Of a DNA stretch of 64,000 nucleotides, positions 17,606 to 26,937 are shown piece by piece; within the stretch, counting starts at the first letter, position 1; the number at the start of each line of letters is the position of its first letter. The stretch spans positions 1 to 64,000 of the forward strand of contig JBGSIA010000057.1 in assembly GCA_041751935.1 (NCBI GenBank), given 5' to 3'. Made by a program: the position numbers and the translations under genes. The notes under the pieces are model-generated. The model did no database searches and was not told where the DNA came from. It saw only the letters and a program-made list of their open reading frames with translations. Source of the stretch: Pirellulaceae bacterium (lineage in GTDB: Bacteria; Planctomycetota; Planctomycetia; Pirellulales; Pirellulaceae).

Positions 17606-19210
17606 GTGACAAAATCCATTCCTGGTTACTTGCGGCTGCACAATTCTCCAATCACCCTTGGCGCCGCGACTGCGAATTCCGACCCGCGGAGCGTCAACTT
17701 TGGCGTGTCGGATGCAAGTGCCACTACGTCGGACGCACGCAGAACGCGTGTGGGTCGCGAGCAAGAGTCAGCAGCGATCATCGGTCACTTTTGGGACGCC
17801 TACACCGCGACAACTGGTTGGCGGATCGATGCGAAAAATCTTCGATCGGGCGGCGGCGTGAAGCTCTTGCCAGTTGCTATTTCGAAAACGACAACCGATG
17901 GTGAAGTCCCTAACCAACGACCGCATACGGCCGAGAACGAAGCTCGCCGTTTGGCGGAACTTGCGCTTTCATTAACTGACGGCTTAAAGAAATCTCGTCG
18001 GGCCTTGCGACGGCAAGCCACAGAACTTGCTGCCCGAGCCGCAATTATCTCAACGTCGCCTAAACAAGACGAACTGGCTCGTTCAATCGAACGGCTACTC
18101 GCTGATGTGACGCTGGCCTGCGGTTGCAACTCAGCGGCTTTGTATCTTCTCGACGACGACACCAGCACGCTTAGCTTTCGTTTCGGCCACCAATTGCCCG
18201 TGGATCGATTGGAGTCTGGAGTCAGAGAGTTACGTGGCAGTCGCGGTGACCTGGAGGCGCTTGTTCAGGGCGTGGTCTCGATTGATGCCGTCAAGGCTGG
18301 ACCGATCGATACATGGAACTGTCCCGAGGATGCAGAGGCAGCCATTTGCGCCAGCGTTTCTGTGGACGACCTGCCAATCGGTACGATGTGGCTGTTCAGC
18401 GACGAGCCGAAAGCATTCAGTCCCAGCACTGAGGCAACCGTGCGAATTACAGCGCGAGCGGTGGCACGTGAGTTGGCCGCTCCGTCGGCAGCTCAATCGC
18501 CGCCGTCCGAGCGTCAAGCGAAATCAATGGTCCGCGACATCGCATCTTGGCAACATCGTGGTTTGCCAAGTGGCACCAGACTCGCTGAGAATTGGGCCGT
18601 CGACGGGATGATCGAGTCACCCAACGACTGGGCCGTGGGTTGGCATACCTGGGATATACTTCCCGATGGCACTGTATTCGTCGCGATGGCTGAAGCCGTC
18701 GACTCCTCAATCAGTGGTGCGATGGTCGCCGCACTCACTCGTGGTTCGTTGGCTGCACATATCGGTTATCGCCACTCGCCAAAGCAGTTGTTGCAACGAA
18801 TCAGCGACACGCTATGGCAAACGAATACCGGTGACCAACTGATTTCGCTGCTTTGCGCCCACATTGAACCCGAGACAGGCACCGGGCAAATCGCGACTGC
18901 GGGCCATTTCAATGCGCTGATCGGCAGCCGTTACGGATATCGTGCAGTGACGACTGATCATTCCGATCCGTTGGGGACAAGTATTGACGGACAATGTGTC
19001 GTCGGAAGTTTCAACTTAACTGCTGGCGAGACCCTACTTGCCTATGGCACCGGCTGGACGGCTGACGGTGCATCGCAGCGATCGCTCGGTGATGCGCTGC
19101 GGGATAGTTTCGCTGCGACTGCGTTCAATCCACTGGCCACTTTGCGTTGTAAGCATGCTCGCCGCCGACTTTGCAGCGAGCGAGGCGCCCTCGCCCTCTC
19201 GCGCGTGTAA
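17606..19210 (+). CDS. GAF-domain / PP2C (SpoIIE-type) serine phosphatase
   Basis: A central GAF-like region (LYLLDDDTSTLSFRFGHQLP) precedes a C-terminal PPM/SpoIIE domain (WDILPDGTVFVAMAEAV...GDQLISLLCAHIEPETGTGQIATAGH). The only in-frame start is GTG at 17606, so the 5' end is uncertain. Confidence 0.55.
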   Translation: MTKSIPGYLRLHNSPITLGAATANSDPRSVNFGVSDASATTSDARRTRVGREQESAAIIGHFWDAYTATTGWRIDAKNLRSGGGVKLLPVAISKTTTDGEVPNQRPHTAENEARRLAELALSLTDGLKKSRRALRRQATELAARAAIISTSPKQDELARSIERLLADVTLACGCNSAALYLLDDDTSTLSFRFGHQLPVDRLESGVRELRGSRGDLEALVQGVVSIDAVKAGPIDTWNCPEDAEAAICASVSVDDLPIGTMWLFSDEPKAFSPSTEATVRITARAVARELAAPSAAQSPPSERQAKSMVRDIASWQHRGLPSGTRLAENWAVDGMIESPNDWAVGWHTWDILPDGTVFVAMAEAVDSSISGAMVAALTRGSLAAHIGYRHSPKQLLQRISDTLWQTNTGDQLISLLCAHIEPETGTGQIATAGHFNALIGSRYGYRAVTTDHSDPLGTSIDGQCVVGSFNLTAGETLLAYGTGWTADGASQRSLGDALRDSFAATAFNPLATLRCKHARRRLCSERGALALSRV

Positions 19211-19228
19211 AAGTCAACGTTGACCGAT

Positions 19229-20323
19229 TCAACTACCCACGAAGCGATCGTAGACTGACCTTGCTGTGGACAAGTCGCTGGTACCGCTGACGAGTACGCG
19301 GCCATCGCGGAACAGCGTCAAGCTGACTGTGTCGTCGACGAACAGACGCGAAAAAAAACGTGTGGTTTGTACACGACCAAGAGCAGCCCAGCGGTCGGCA
19401 AACATTTGCAAATCAAGTTCAATACCCGTTCGACCAAGATCGATTTGCACGGTATCTCGTCCACACAGCACCACCGCATCGCTGGGGCGTCCGCGTTCGC
19501 CATCAAGGAACTCTCGCTTTTTATCGTGACAGGCGACACAGATATCGCTCAAGCTTGAATCGATGGTAATCTCACGAACTCGATTGTTCCAAAAGTCGAT
19601 GGAAAACACAGTCGGTCGGACGCAATCACGATTACCGGAAATCCATTTCATCGCCTCGATGGACTGTAGGCTTGCGATAGCGTGAGTCGCGCCGCCAATC
19701 ACACCGGCAGTGTCACATGTGGCGACAACGGACGCTGGCGGTGGTTCCGGAACAAGACAGCGAAAACACGGGTGTCCCAGACCGGTGAATAGTCGCACCT
19801 GTCCGCTGGCTCCGACACAGCCACCGTGGACCCATGCCGTTTGTGTTGCCAGTGACCAATCATTGAGCAAGAAACGCAAGTTGAAGTTGTCGGTTGCATC
19901 AATGACGAGATGCATGTCGCAGAGAACGTCGCATATATTGTCGCAGCTGACATCCACGACGACAGGGTCGATAGAGATCTTAGAATTGATTTGCGCAAGA
20001 CGCTCGGCAGCGGCTTCGGCCTTGGAGCGAGCTTCCATAGCGTCCTGCTCGTCATACAACGACTGGCGTTGCAAGTTGGTCCATTCAACGACGTCTCGGT
20101 CAATCAGTCGCAAATGACCGACGCCAGCGCGGGCAAGTATTTCTCCTGCAACACTACCCAACGCTCCACAGCCCAATACTGCGACGCGCGCAGCGGATAT
20201 TCGATGCTGGCCATCCTTGCCGATCGGCAGGAATTGTTGTTGACGGGCATAGCGGTTGGCGGAATCGTTGCTGGACGCCACAATCGGGCCTTGTTTTAAC
20301 ATGGAACATTGGATGTGAGCCAT
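19229..20323 (-). CDS. ThiF/MoeB/HesA-family E1-like adenylyltransferase with a ~110-aa C-terminal extension
   Basis: 'RYARQQQFLPIGKDGQHRISAARVAVLGCGALGS' is the E1 Rossmann motif, and the CFRC...CVAC pairs are zinc ligands. The start is ATG at 20323 (MAHIQCS) or 20302. Confidence 0.7.
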   Translation of the reverse strand: MAHIQCSMLKQGPIVASSNDSANRYARQQQFLPIGKDGQHRISAARVAVLGCGALGSVAGEILARAGVGHLRLIDRDVVEWTNLQRQSLYDEQDAMEARSKAEAAAERLAQINSKISIDPVVVDVSCDNICDVLCDMHLVIDATDNFNLRFLLNDWSLATQTAWVHGGCVGASGQVRLFTGLGHPCFRCLVPEPPPASVVATCDTAGVIGGATHAIASLQSIEAMKWISGNRDCVRPTVFSIDFWNNRVREITIDSSLSDICVACHDKKREFLDGERGRPSDAVVLCGRDTVQIDLGRTGIELDLQMFADRWAALGRVQTTRFFSRLFVDDTVSLTLFRDGRVLVSGTSDLSTARSVYDRFVGS

Positions 20324-20367
20324 CCGCGACAGCTTACACCGAAGCCGGATCACTCAGGAGCCCTTAT

Positions 20368-21330
20368 TTGAATCGACTACATGAAATGGTGATCGCTCGT
20401 GCGAAGCTACTCAAGCTCGTGCGTCAGTTTTTTGACAATCGTGAGTTTTATGAAGTTCAGCCGCCCTGTCTTTCGGCAGATTGTGTGGTGGATGCGTACA
20501 TCGATCCGATCGTGATCGAGGCCCAGCGACTACAGCTACCATCGCCTATCGGTCGAGAACGTTTCTTTTTGCAGTCCTCACCTGAATCGGCGATGAAACG
20601 AATGCTGGTCGCTGGTGCGCCGTCGATCTATAGCATCGGACCCGTCTTTCGCGCGGGCGAACATGGGCCACTGCATAATCTCGAATTCACGATGCTGGAA
20701 TGGTATCACCTGCAAGCCGACGTAGAGACAGAGATTGAACTGCTGCGAGCATTCGCGTGTGAGATGTTGGGTGCCAGCGAATGTGATTCAATTCGCTATG
20801 CCGATGCCTTTTGCCAGCACTTGGGCGTACATCCGCTGGACGCATCGCTGGACGAGTTGTTTGACTGTGCCGCTGAAATTGACGAACATCTTGCCGAGTC
20901 AATGCGTGGTGATCGAGATGCGATGTTGGATTTCCTACTGAGCGAAAAGATACAGCCAAAACTTGGGCTCGATCGCCCGCTTGTGCTGCGAGATTATCCG
21001 GCAAGCCAAGCGGCGTTGGCAAACGTAGCCTCGGATGACGCGCGATTTGCTGCTCGATTCGAGCTATACTACCAAGGCACTGAATTAGCCAATGGTTACG
21101 AGGAATTACTTGATGCCGAGGAGTTGGTGCGCCGTGCCCACGAGAACAATACTCGTCGAATCCAATCGGGGCGTGTCGCATTACCGGTGGAGACAAGCTT
21201 AGTCCGCGCAATGCGTCAGGGATTACCCGCGTGTAGCGGTGTTGCTCTGGGGTTGGACCGACTGCTTATGTTGCGAGTGGGAGCAAGTACACTCGCAGAA
21301 GTCCTACCGCTTACGATTGAAAGTGCATGA
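20368..21330 (+). CDS. epmA: Elongation factor P--(R)-beta-lysine ligase (class II LysRS paralog, GenX/PoxA)
   Basis: Aligns along its length with E. coli EpmA: FRxEx 'IGPVFRAGEHGPLHNLEFTMLEWY', 'RFELYYQGTELANGYEEL' and the C-terminal 'CSGVALGLDRLLMLRVGASTLAEV'. The start is TTG at 20368 or ATG at 20386. Confidence 0.85.
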   Translation: MNRLHEMVIARAKLLKLVRQFFDNREFYEVQPPCLSADCVVDAYIDPIVIEAQRLQLPSPIGRERFFLQSSPESAMKRMLVAGAPSIYSIGPVFRAGEHGPLHNLEFTMLEWYHLQADVETEIELLRAFACEMLGASECDSIRYADAFCQHLGVHPLDASLDELFDCAAEIDEHLAESMRGDRDAMLDFLLSEKIQPKLGLDRPLVLRDYPASQAALANVASDDARFAARFELYYQGTELANGYEELLDAEELVRRAHENNTRRIQSGRVALPVETSLVRAMRQGLPACSGVALGLDRLLMLRVGASTLAEVLPLTIESA

Positions 21331-24300
21331 GAAAACTGATGAATAGATTTAGCTTGGCGAATGCCCTCGCAGCAACTGCTCTGGCAGCGATCATTGTCAT
21401 GAATCAGCCTTTGCGGGCAGAGAGATTGCGTCAAGCGATTCCCTTAGCTGAGCAACTGCGATCAATCGATTCGAGATTCTTGGCTGCTGATATTCGCAGG
21501 CGAGGCGACGCCAGTCGCGGCGCACTGGTATTTTTTAAGTCAGCGGCAAATTGTGTCGGCTGTCACAGCAGTGGTGACGAACAGTCGCCACTGGGGCCGA
21601 ATCTGGCCTCGCTGGGTACACAGCTCACGGACGAGTATTTGCTGGATGCGTTATTGCATCCTTCGAAAAACATTCGTCAAGGCTTCGAAACGCATTCTGT
21701 CGTGCTGGATTCGGGAAGTGTGCTCGTGGGTTTGCTCGCAACCCAAGACGATGCGACGGTCACATTGCGCTTGATGAGTGATCTAGAGCAACAGGTTGTG
21801 TTGCGGCGTGACGAGATCGAGGCAATGCGAACCAATGACAAGTCCATGATGCCGGACGGCTTGATCACGTCACTAAAAACACAACGAGAGTTCTACGATT
21901 TGGCTCGCTATGTGTTCGAAGTTGCCAAGGGAGGTATGGCCAGAGCAAAGGAATTGAGACCGTCAGTGGATGCACTCGCAGTGACTGACGATTCAGCCAA
22001 TTTGGACCATGCTGGCATCATCAAGAAACTGAAGAAATCTGATTTTGAGGCTGGGCAAACGATCTTTCAAAATGATTGCTTCAATTGTCACGGTTTGGAC
22101 GGCGACACTCCTTCGCTAGTCACTGCACGTGCGTTCGGAACACAGAAACTGAAGTTTGGTTCGGACCCATATCGAATGTTCATGACGTTGACCAAGGGCA
22201 ACGGTCTGATGGCTCCGATGTCGTACCTGACGCCGCACCAGCGATATCAGGTTGTGCACTACATCCGCGAACAGTTTATGAAAAATCGCAACTCCGATTA
22301 TTTCATCATCAATGAAAAGTACTTGGAGTCGCTGCCGACCGGTACTGAGGATGGAAAGCAAATTAAGATCGTCGAGCGTGACTATGGCCCGGCGCTTGTG
22401 TCGCAGTTGCGACGTGAATTGCCCAGTGTGCTGAGCATCAAACTCGGTGAGCTGACGATTGCTTATGACTTGCACACAATGAATGTGGCCGATGTTTGGA
22501 CGGGTGGCTTTCTCGACTTGAGCGAGACACAACATCAGCGGCCACGCGGCGAAGGTACTGCGAATCCTGCGGGCGAATCGGTACCTGGGTTAGGCGTTTG
22601 GAAATGGGGACACGATGGCAGTTTGGACTATTCCCGCGACGGTCTGCTGCCGCGCGGGCCGCTGCCTGAAAAGTGGTTCGAGTACCACGGATACACATTG
22701 GATGGCACCGAATTGGAACTTGCCTACGCTATTGACGGGCGAGAGGTGCGTGAACGAGTGATTGGTCTTGGCACCGACGCTGTGATTCACCGCTTGGACA
22801 TTGGTCCCGGCGACGAGTTGTTGTTGTGTGCCGGTTTGGATGAATCCACTCCAGTGCGTTCCGTCGAGCAAAGCAAAGGTGAAAATCCTTCAATTGAAAA
22901 TACTCCCCCAGCAAATCCTCGGACATTCATTAGCGGCGACACCGAGGGGATTCAGCGAGATCGGGACGTACAGCAACGAGATACGCTTCGTATCCCAGCG
23001 GACACAATAAAACGCACGGTGGACGTCGTGTGCAGTACCGGCAAGAGATCGATCGAATCAGCCGACCTGCGGTTATCGGCTAGCGATGAGCAGTTGTCGG
23101 CTAGCGATAAGCATCTGTTGTGGCCAGAGGTTTTGGAAACGGTGGGCTATCGCGGTTTGGAGCAATCAGGATACGCCCTGGATACGTTGACGATTCCCGA
23201 ATCAACGCCAGGGAATGCTTGGCTTCGCGCATCGGCACTCGATTTCTTTCCCGATGGACGGATGGCGCTGGCAACTTACGGCGGTGACATTTGGATTGTA
23301 TCGGGTATCGACAATGACTTGCTCCGACTGCAGTGGAAACGGTTTGCTGCCGGATTGTACGAGCCATTTGGCGTGAAGGTCGTTGATGAGAAGGTCGTCG
23401 TTACTTGCAAAGATCGCTTGGTTCGGCTGCACGATCGCGATGCAAATGGTGAAGCGGATTACTACGAAAGTCTCAGTGCGGACACCGATGTTTCGACAAA
23501 TTTTCACGCCTTCAACTTTGATTTGCAAACTGACGACGAAGGCAATTTTTATTACGCCAAGAGCGGACACGGAGCGGATTATGCATTGCCGGGTGCTGTG
23601 ATCCGAGTTTCCCCAGACGGTAAGTCACGCGAAGTGGTTTGCACCGGATTTCGGTCGCCGAATGGTTTGGGAAGTATGCCCGGTGGCCGAATCACTGTCA
23701 GTGACAACCAAGGCCAGTGGATTCCCGCGTCAAAAATTTGTCTCGTCAAGCCGAATGCGTTTTACGGCTGGAGCCCCACCTATTCCCAGCCGGGCAGGTG
23801 GGCTCCCGACGGTGGCAGAATCGATCCGGATAAAGTCAAGGCACCTGATTCATTCGAGCAACCGCTGGTGTGGATGCCACAGGAGTTTGACAATTCCTCG
23901 GGCGGTCAAGTTTGGGCTGACGATCCTCGATTTGGCCCACTCTCGGGACATTTGCTGCACACCAGTTTTGGCAAAGGTTGGATGTCGTACTTGATGCTTC
24001 AAGAAGTGGGTGACACAGCACAAGCAGCGATTGTGAAGCTGCCGTTTGACTTTGCCAGTGGCATCATGCGAGCACGGGTCAATCCAGCGGACGGACAAGT
24101 TTATGCCTGCGGATTGCAAGGCTGGAACGGTGGCGGTCGCCCAGGACTCGAAGATAAGTGTGTCCAGAGGTTGCGATACACCGGTATCTCGCCACATATG
24201 CTGACCGACGCACAAGTCAAACACGATGGATTGGAATTGAAGTTCAATTTTGAATTGGAACCATCGTCCGCAAGCGATGTGGCAAGCTATGTGGGGCGTC

Positions 24301-24545
24301 AATGGAATTATCACTGGTCACGAAACTATGGATCGGACCAATATGCACCCAGTACGGACAAGCCGGGAACGGAACCGCTATCAATCGCATCGGTAAAGAT
24401 TAGTCCAGATCGACGTGGCGTGCGATTGATTGTGCCGCAGATTCAGCCCGTCAATCAACTGCAGTTGCTGCTGCGTCTTGGTGCAACCGATGGAAGCGTG
24501 TTCGAAGAAGAGATTTACTGGACAATCAACCGTGTGCCCAAGTAG
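21327..24545 (+). CDS. Large c-type cytochrome / beta-propeller protein (Planctomycete 'heme-binding domain + membrane-bound dehydrogenase-like' type)
   Basis: Two CxxCH heme sites (CVGCH, CFNCH) sit in the N-terminal third, followed by about 600 aa of propeller-like repeats. A signal peptide is present. ATG overlaps the epmA stop as ATGA. Confidence 0.7.
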   Translation: MRKLMNRFSLANALAATALAAIIVMNQPLRAERLRQAIPLAEQLRSIDSRFLAADIRRRGDASRGALVFFKSAANCVGCHSSGDEQSPLGPNLASLGTQLTDEYLLDALLHPSKNIRQGFETHSVVLDSGSVLVGLLATQDDATVTLRLMSDLEQQVVLRRDEIEAMRTNDKSMMPDGLITSLKTQREFYDLARYVFEVAKGGMARAKELRPSVDALAVTDDSANLDHAGIIKKLKKSDFEAGQTIFQNDCFNCHGLDGDTPSLVTARAFGTQKLKFGSDPYRMFMTLTKGNGLMAPMSYLTPHQRYQVVHYIREQFMKNRNSDYFIINEKYLESLPTGTEDGKQIKIVERDYGPALVSQLRRELPSVLSIKLGELTIAYDLHTMNVADVWTGGFLDLSETQHQRPRGEGTANPAGESVPGLGVWKWGHDGSLDYSRDGLLPRGPLPEKWFEYHGYTLDGTELELAYAIDGREVRERVIGLGTDAVIHRLDIGPGDELLLCAGLDESTPVRSVEQSKGENPSIENTPPANPRTFISGDTEGIQRDRDVQQRDTLRIPADTIKRTVDVVCSTGKRSIESADLRLSASDEQLSASDKHLLWPEVLETVGYRGLEQSGYALDTLTIPESTPGNAWLRASALDFFPDGRMALATYGGDIWIVSGIDNDLLRLQWKRFAAGLYEPFGVKVVDEKVVVTCKDRLVRLHDRDANGEADYYESLSADTDVSTNFHAFNFDLQTDDEGNFYYAKSGHGADYALPGAVIRVSPDGKSREVVCTGFRSPNGLGSMPGGRITVSDNQGQWIPASKICLVKPNAFYGWSPTYSQPGRWAPDGGRIDPDKVKAPDSFEQPLVWMPQEFDNSSGGQVWADDPRFGPLSGHLLHTSFGKGWMSYLMLQEVGDTAQAAIVKLPFDFASGIMRARVNPADGQVYACGLQGWNGGGRPGLEDKCVQRLRYTGISPHMLTDAQVKHDGLELKFNFELEPSSASDVASYVGRQWNYHWSRNYGSDQYAPSTDKPGTEPLSIASVKISPDRRGVRLIVPQIQPVNQLQLLLRLGATDGSVFEEEIYWTINRVPK

Positions 24546-24560
24546 CGCGTTCCAGCGGCG

Positions 24561-25871
24561 TTAAGGAATGGACAACCGCAAGTGATAGCTGCCGTTGTTG
24601 TCCCCAAGTTCACCGACGGCATCGTTGATGCGAAACACAAGCCAACTCGGTTGTTCAATATGGATCGTGGTGTTCTCGGCAATAGAAAACGTTTGTAGTG
24701 CTGGCAGCGTCTGGCCAGACGTAAAATTGGTTGGCACAAGGCAACCGATGAGTTGCCCTAGCGGTCTCGCGTTATGGTAGCGGATGGTTACCCCAGGCGG
24801 TTGGCTTGTCCAAGGCTTGAGTTCCGGCTTGGGTTCGTATGCGAGAATAACTTCGCCGTAGGCAGCAATGTTGATCGCGGTTCGTTGGGGGAAAATCATG
24901 CCCACGGACTGCCATCCCTGATTGGCGTCGATGGTCACGACGACGGGATCGCCAGCAAACATCGAGTCGCTGGTCGAGATTGCGACTCGTTCCCGCGACC
25001 ATTCGAAGCCATAATCCAGTGCCAGACTCATCAATCGAAATCTCGCGACGACGGCGGGCCATTGAGAGTTGAGGCGACTGTATAGTTGCCGCGTCAGTTC
25101 GGGCGAAGCGTTATGACCAGCTACGGTCATTATCTTAAAAGCATCGTTGTACTCTGGGTATTCAGTCAGCAGCATTGCCGCAGCCCAACTCCAACTGTAG
25201 CTCGTCACGTCGCCATCCAATCGAGCTGGTTGCCGCATGATCGCTTCCAGTGACATGATCGTGCCGGATGCGTGGGCATCGCGAATGACCTTCAGTCGTC
25301 CCCAATAAGGCGATTGCTCACGATTGTGTGGAATTCGATTAACTACGATGTCGGGGCCACTTCCCCGATGTGTTGCGAGAAGTTCAGCGGTGCCTTCCAT
25401 GAACCAAGCCGGCCCCATGCCACCAAACGCATGCAAGGCAAGCGAGTGGACCCCCTCATGCAATAACAAGTGCTGCGTGTAATACTGGCTCGGTTGGGCG
25501 ATCACGTAGAGCATGTTGCCAGCTGCGAAGCCAAATTTAAAATCAGGGATACGGTCGCCCATCAGCCCTGCGGCGGTGGCAACGTTGCGATCGCTCATGA
25601 TGACCGCGTCGACACTCCATGATTGGACGACTTTTGGTGGCAGATTCCAGAATTGTGTCCACTGGTCCGTTGCAGCATCGAACGCGGCGACGTAATCCTT
25701 AGCGTCTTGACTGGTGCCAACGTCGGTTTGCAATCGAATGTGTTTGCCGTCGTAGCGAAGGAACTTCGTCGCGTGTGCGTCTGCGCGTCCAGTGCCCAGA
25801 ATCAGTGGGATGCCCAGTACATAGAACGCCAATTTTGCGACTTGAAGGATTTTTAGCGATGCCATACTCAC
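24561..25871 (-). CDS. Secreted HExxH protein, putative metallopeptidase (possibly DUF1570-type)
   Basis: A signal peptide precedes 'LLLHEGVHSLALHAFG', a HExxH motif with a downstream His. The family assignment is tentative. Confidence 0.5.
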   Translation of the reverse strand: MSMASLKILQVAKLAFYVLGIPLILGTGRADAHATKFLRYDGKHIRLQTDVGTSQDAKDYVAAFDAATDQWTQFWNLPPKVVQSWSVDAVIMSDRNVATAAGLMGDRIPDFKFGFAAGNMLYVIAQPSQYYTQHLLLHEGVHSLALHAFGGMGPAWFMEGTAELLATHRGSGPDIVVNRIPHNREQSPYWGRLKVIRDAHASGTIMSLEAIMRQPARLDGDVTSYSWSWAAAMLLTEYPEYNDAFKIMTVAGHNASPELTRQLYSRLNSQWPAVVARFRLMSLALDYGFEWSRERVAISTSDSMFAGDPVVVTIDANQGWQSVGMIFPQRTAINIAAYGEVILAYEPKPELKPWTSQPPGVTIRYHNARPLGQLIGCLVPTNFTSGQTLPALQTFSIAENTTIHIEQPSWLVFRINDAVGELGDNNGSYHLRLSIP

Positions 25872-26914
25872 AGTTTAGCACGGCGAAGGTGTTTCGTCGC
25901 CAGAACGCGATCGTAATCGTTTGTCTGTTTTTCCTTCACGCGTTGGGTTGTGCAAAGGTTCCCGAGTCGGACGTGGAGCTGTTCGCGACAGTTGAGGAAG
26001 AATTGGCGTTGCCGATTTTGGGAGCATTCGAACGTTCAACGGATGACCGAGTCGGCGTTATCTCGCGTTTTGCGTCCGACGCCGATGGACTCACGAAGAT
26101 GTTGCAGCCGACCACGACTGGCGAGCCAGCTTGTGATTTGGTGTGGAACTCGGGCGTGATCGAAACCGTACGCCTGCAACAGCTCGGTTTGTTGCGTCCT
26201 CGGTCCTGGGCAACGCACGCCATGCGACCTGTTGGCATGGTTGCTACCGACGGTTCATGGTGCGGTTTCGCCGCCACGGCCCGTGTGTTGATCATCAATA
26301 CACAAATCCTTGATAACCCAGAGGACTACCCGCGAAGCGTGCTCGCACTGGCCGATCCAAAATGGCACCAACGGTGCGCCGTGGCAACACCCACGGACGG
26401 TTCCGCAGCGACTCACTTTGCGGTACTCAGGCAGCAGCTTGGTCGAGACAAGACGCTTGAGCTGCTGCGTTTTATCCACGAATCTGCCATCGTCCTTCCC
26501 AGCAGCAAACATGTCGCGATCGCAGTGTCCGCAGGTCGAACCGCATGGGGAGTTACTGACACCGATGCCGCAATCGCCGAGGTGGACTTGGGGCATGATG
26601 TCGCGATCGTGTTTCCCGATCAGGCGCCCAGTGAGTTGGGTACGTTGTTGATTCCCAACACGGTTGCGGTGTTAAACAACGCCAAGCATCCAATCTCGGC
26701 AGAGTTGCTTGCGGATTATTTGGTCTTGCCACAGACTGAAGACCGATTGGCAATGGGCAATACGAGTCAGTTGCCACTTAGTCGTGGTTCCAAGTATCCA
26801 CCTCGAGTTCTAGGTAAAGATGCAGTGCGGTGGATGCGAGTGAACTTCGAGTCGGTCACGACCGGATACGACGAGTGGATTGCCGAGCTGCAAAAAATCT
26901 TTGTCGAGGAATAG
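25859..26914 (+). CDS. ABC transporter periplasmic substrate-binding lipoprotein (FbpA/AfuA iron-type family 1 SBP)
   Basis: MPYSQ...FFLHALGC carries a lipobox. The fold is SBP_bac_1-like with 'PTDGSAATHFAVLRQQLG'. The start is uncertain because 25859 would overlap the divergent gene by 13 nt. Confidence 0.6.
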   Translation: MPYSQFSTAKVFRRQNAIVIVCLFFLHALGCAKVPESDVELFATVEEELALPILGAFERSTDDRVGVISRFASDADGLTKMLQPTTTGEPACDLVWNSGVIETVRLQQLGLLRPRSWATHAMRPVGMVATDGSWCGFAATARVLIINTQILDNPEDYPRSVLALADPKWHQRCAVATPTDGSAATHFAVLRQQLGRDKTLELLRFIHESAIVLPSSKHVAIAVSAGRTAWGVTDTDAAIAEVDLGHDVAIVFPDQAPSELGTLLIPNTVAVLNNAKHPISAELLADYLVLPQTEDRLAMGNTSQLPLSRGSKYPPRVLGKDAVRWMRVNFESVTTGYDEWIAELQKIFVEE

Positions 26915-26937
26915 AGGTGACCGTTCGGTGAGAGGAC

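Noticed and set aside
17512-17904. 130-aa plus-strand ORF upstream of and overlapping the GAF-PP2C gene
   Set aside because: It is in a different frame, and its Arg/Trp-rich composition is typical of GC-rich off-frame ORFs. It was not adopted as the phosphatase N-terminus, although the start of that gene remains uncertain.
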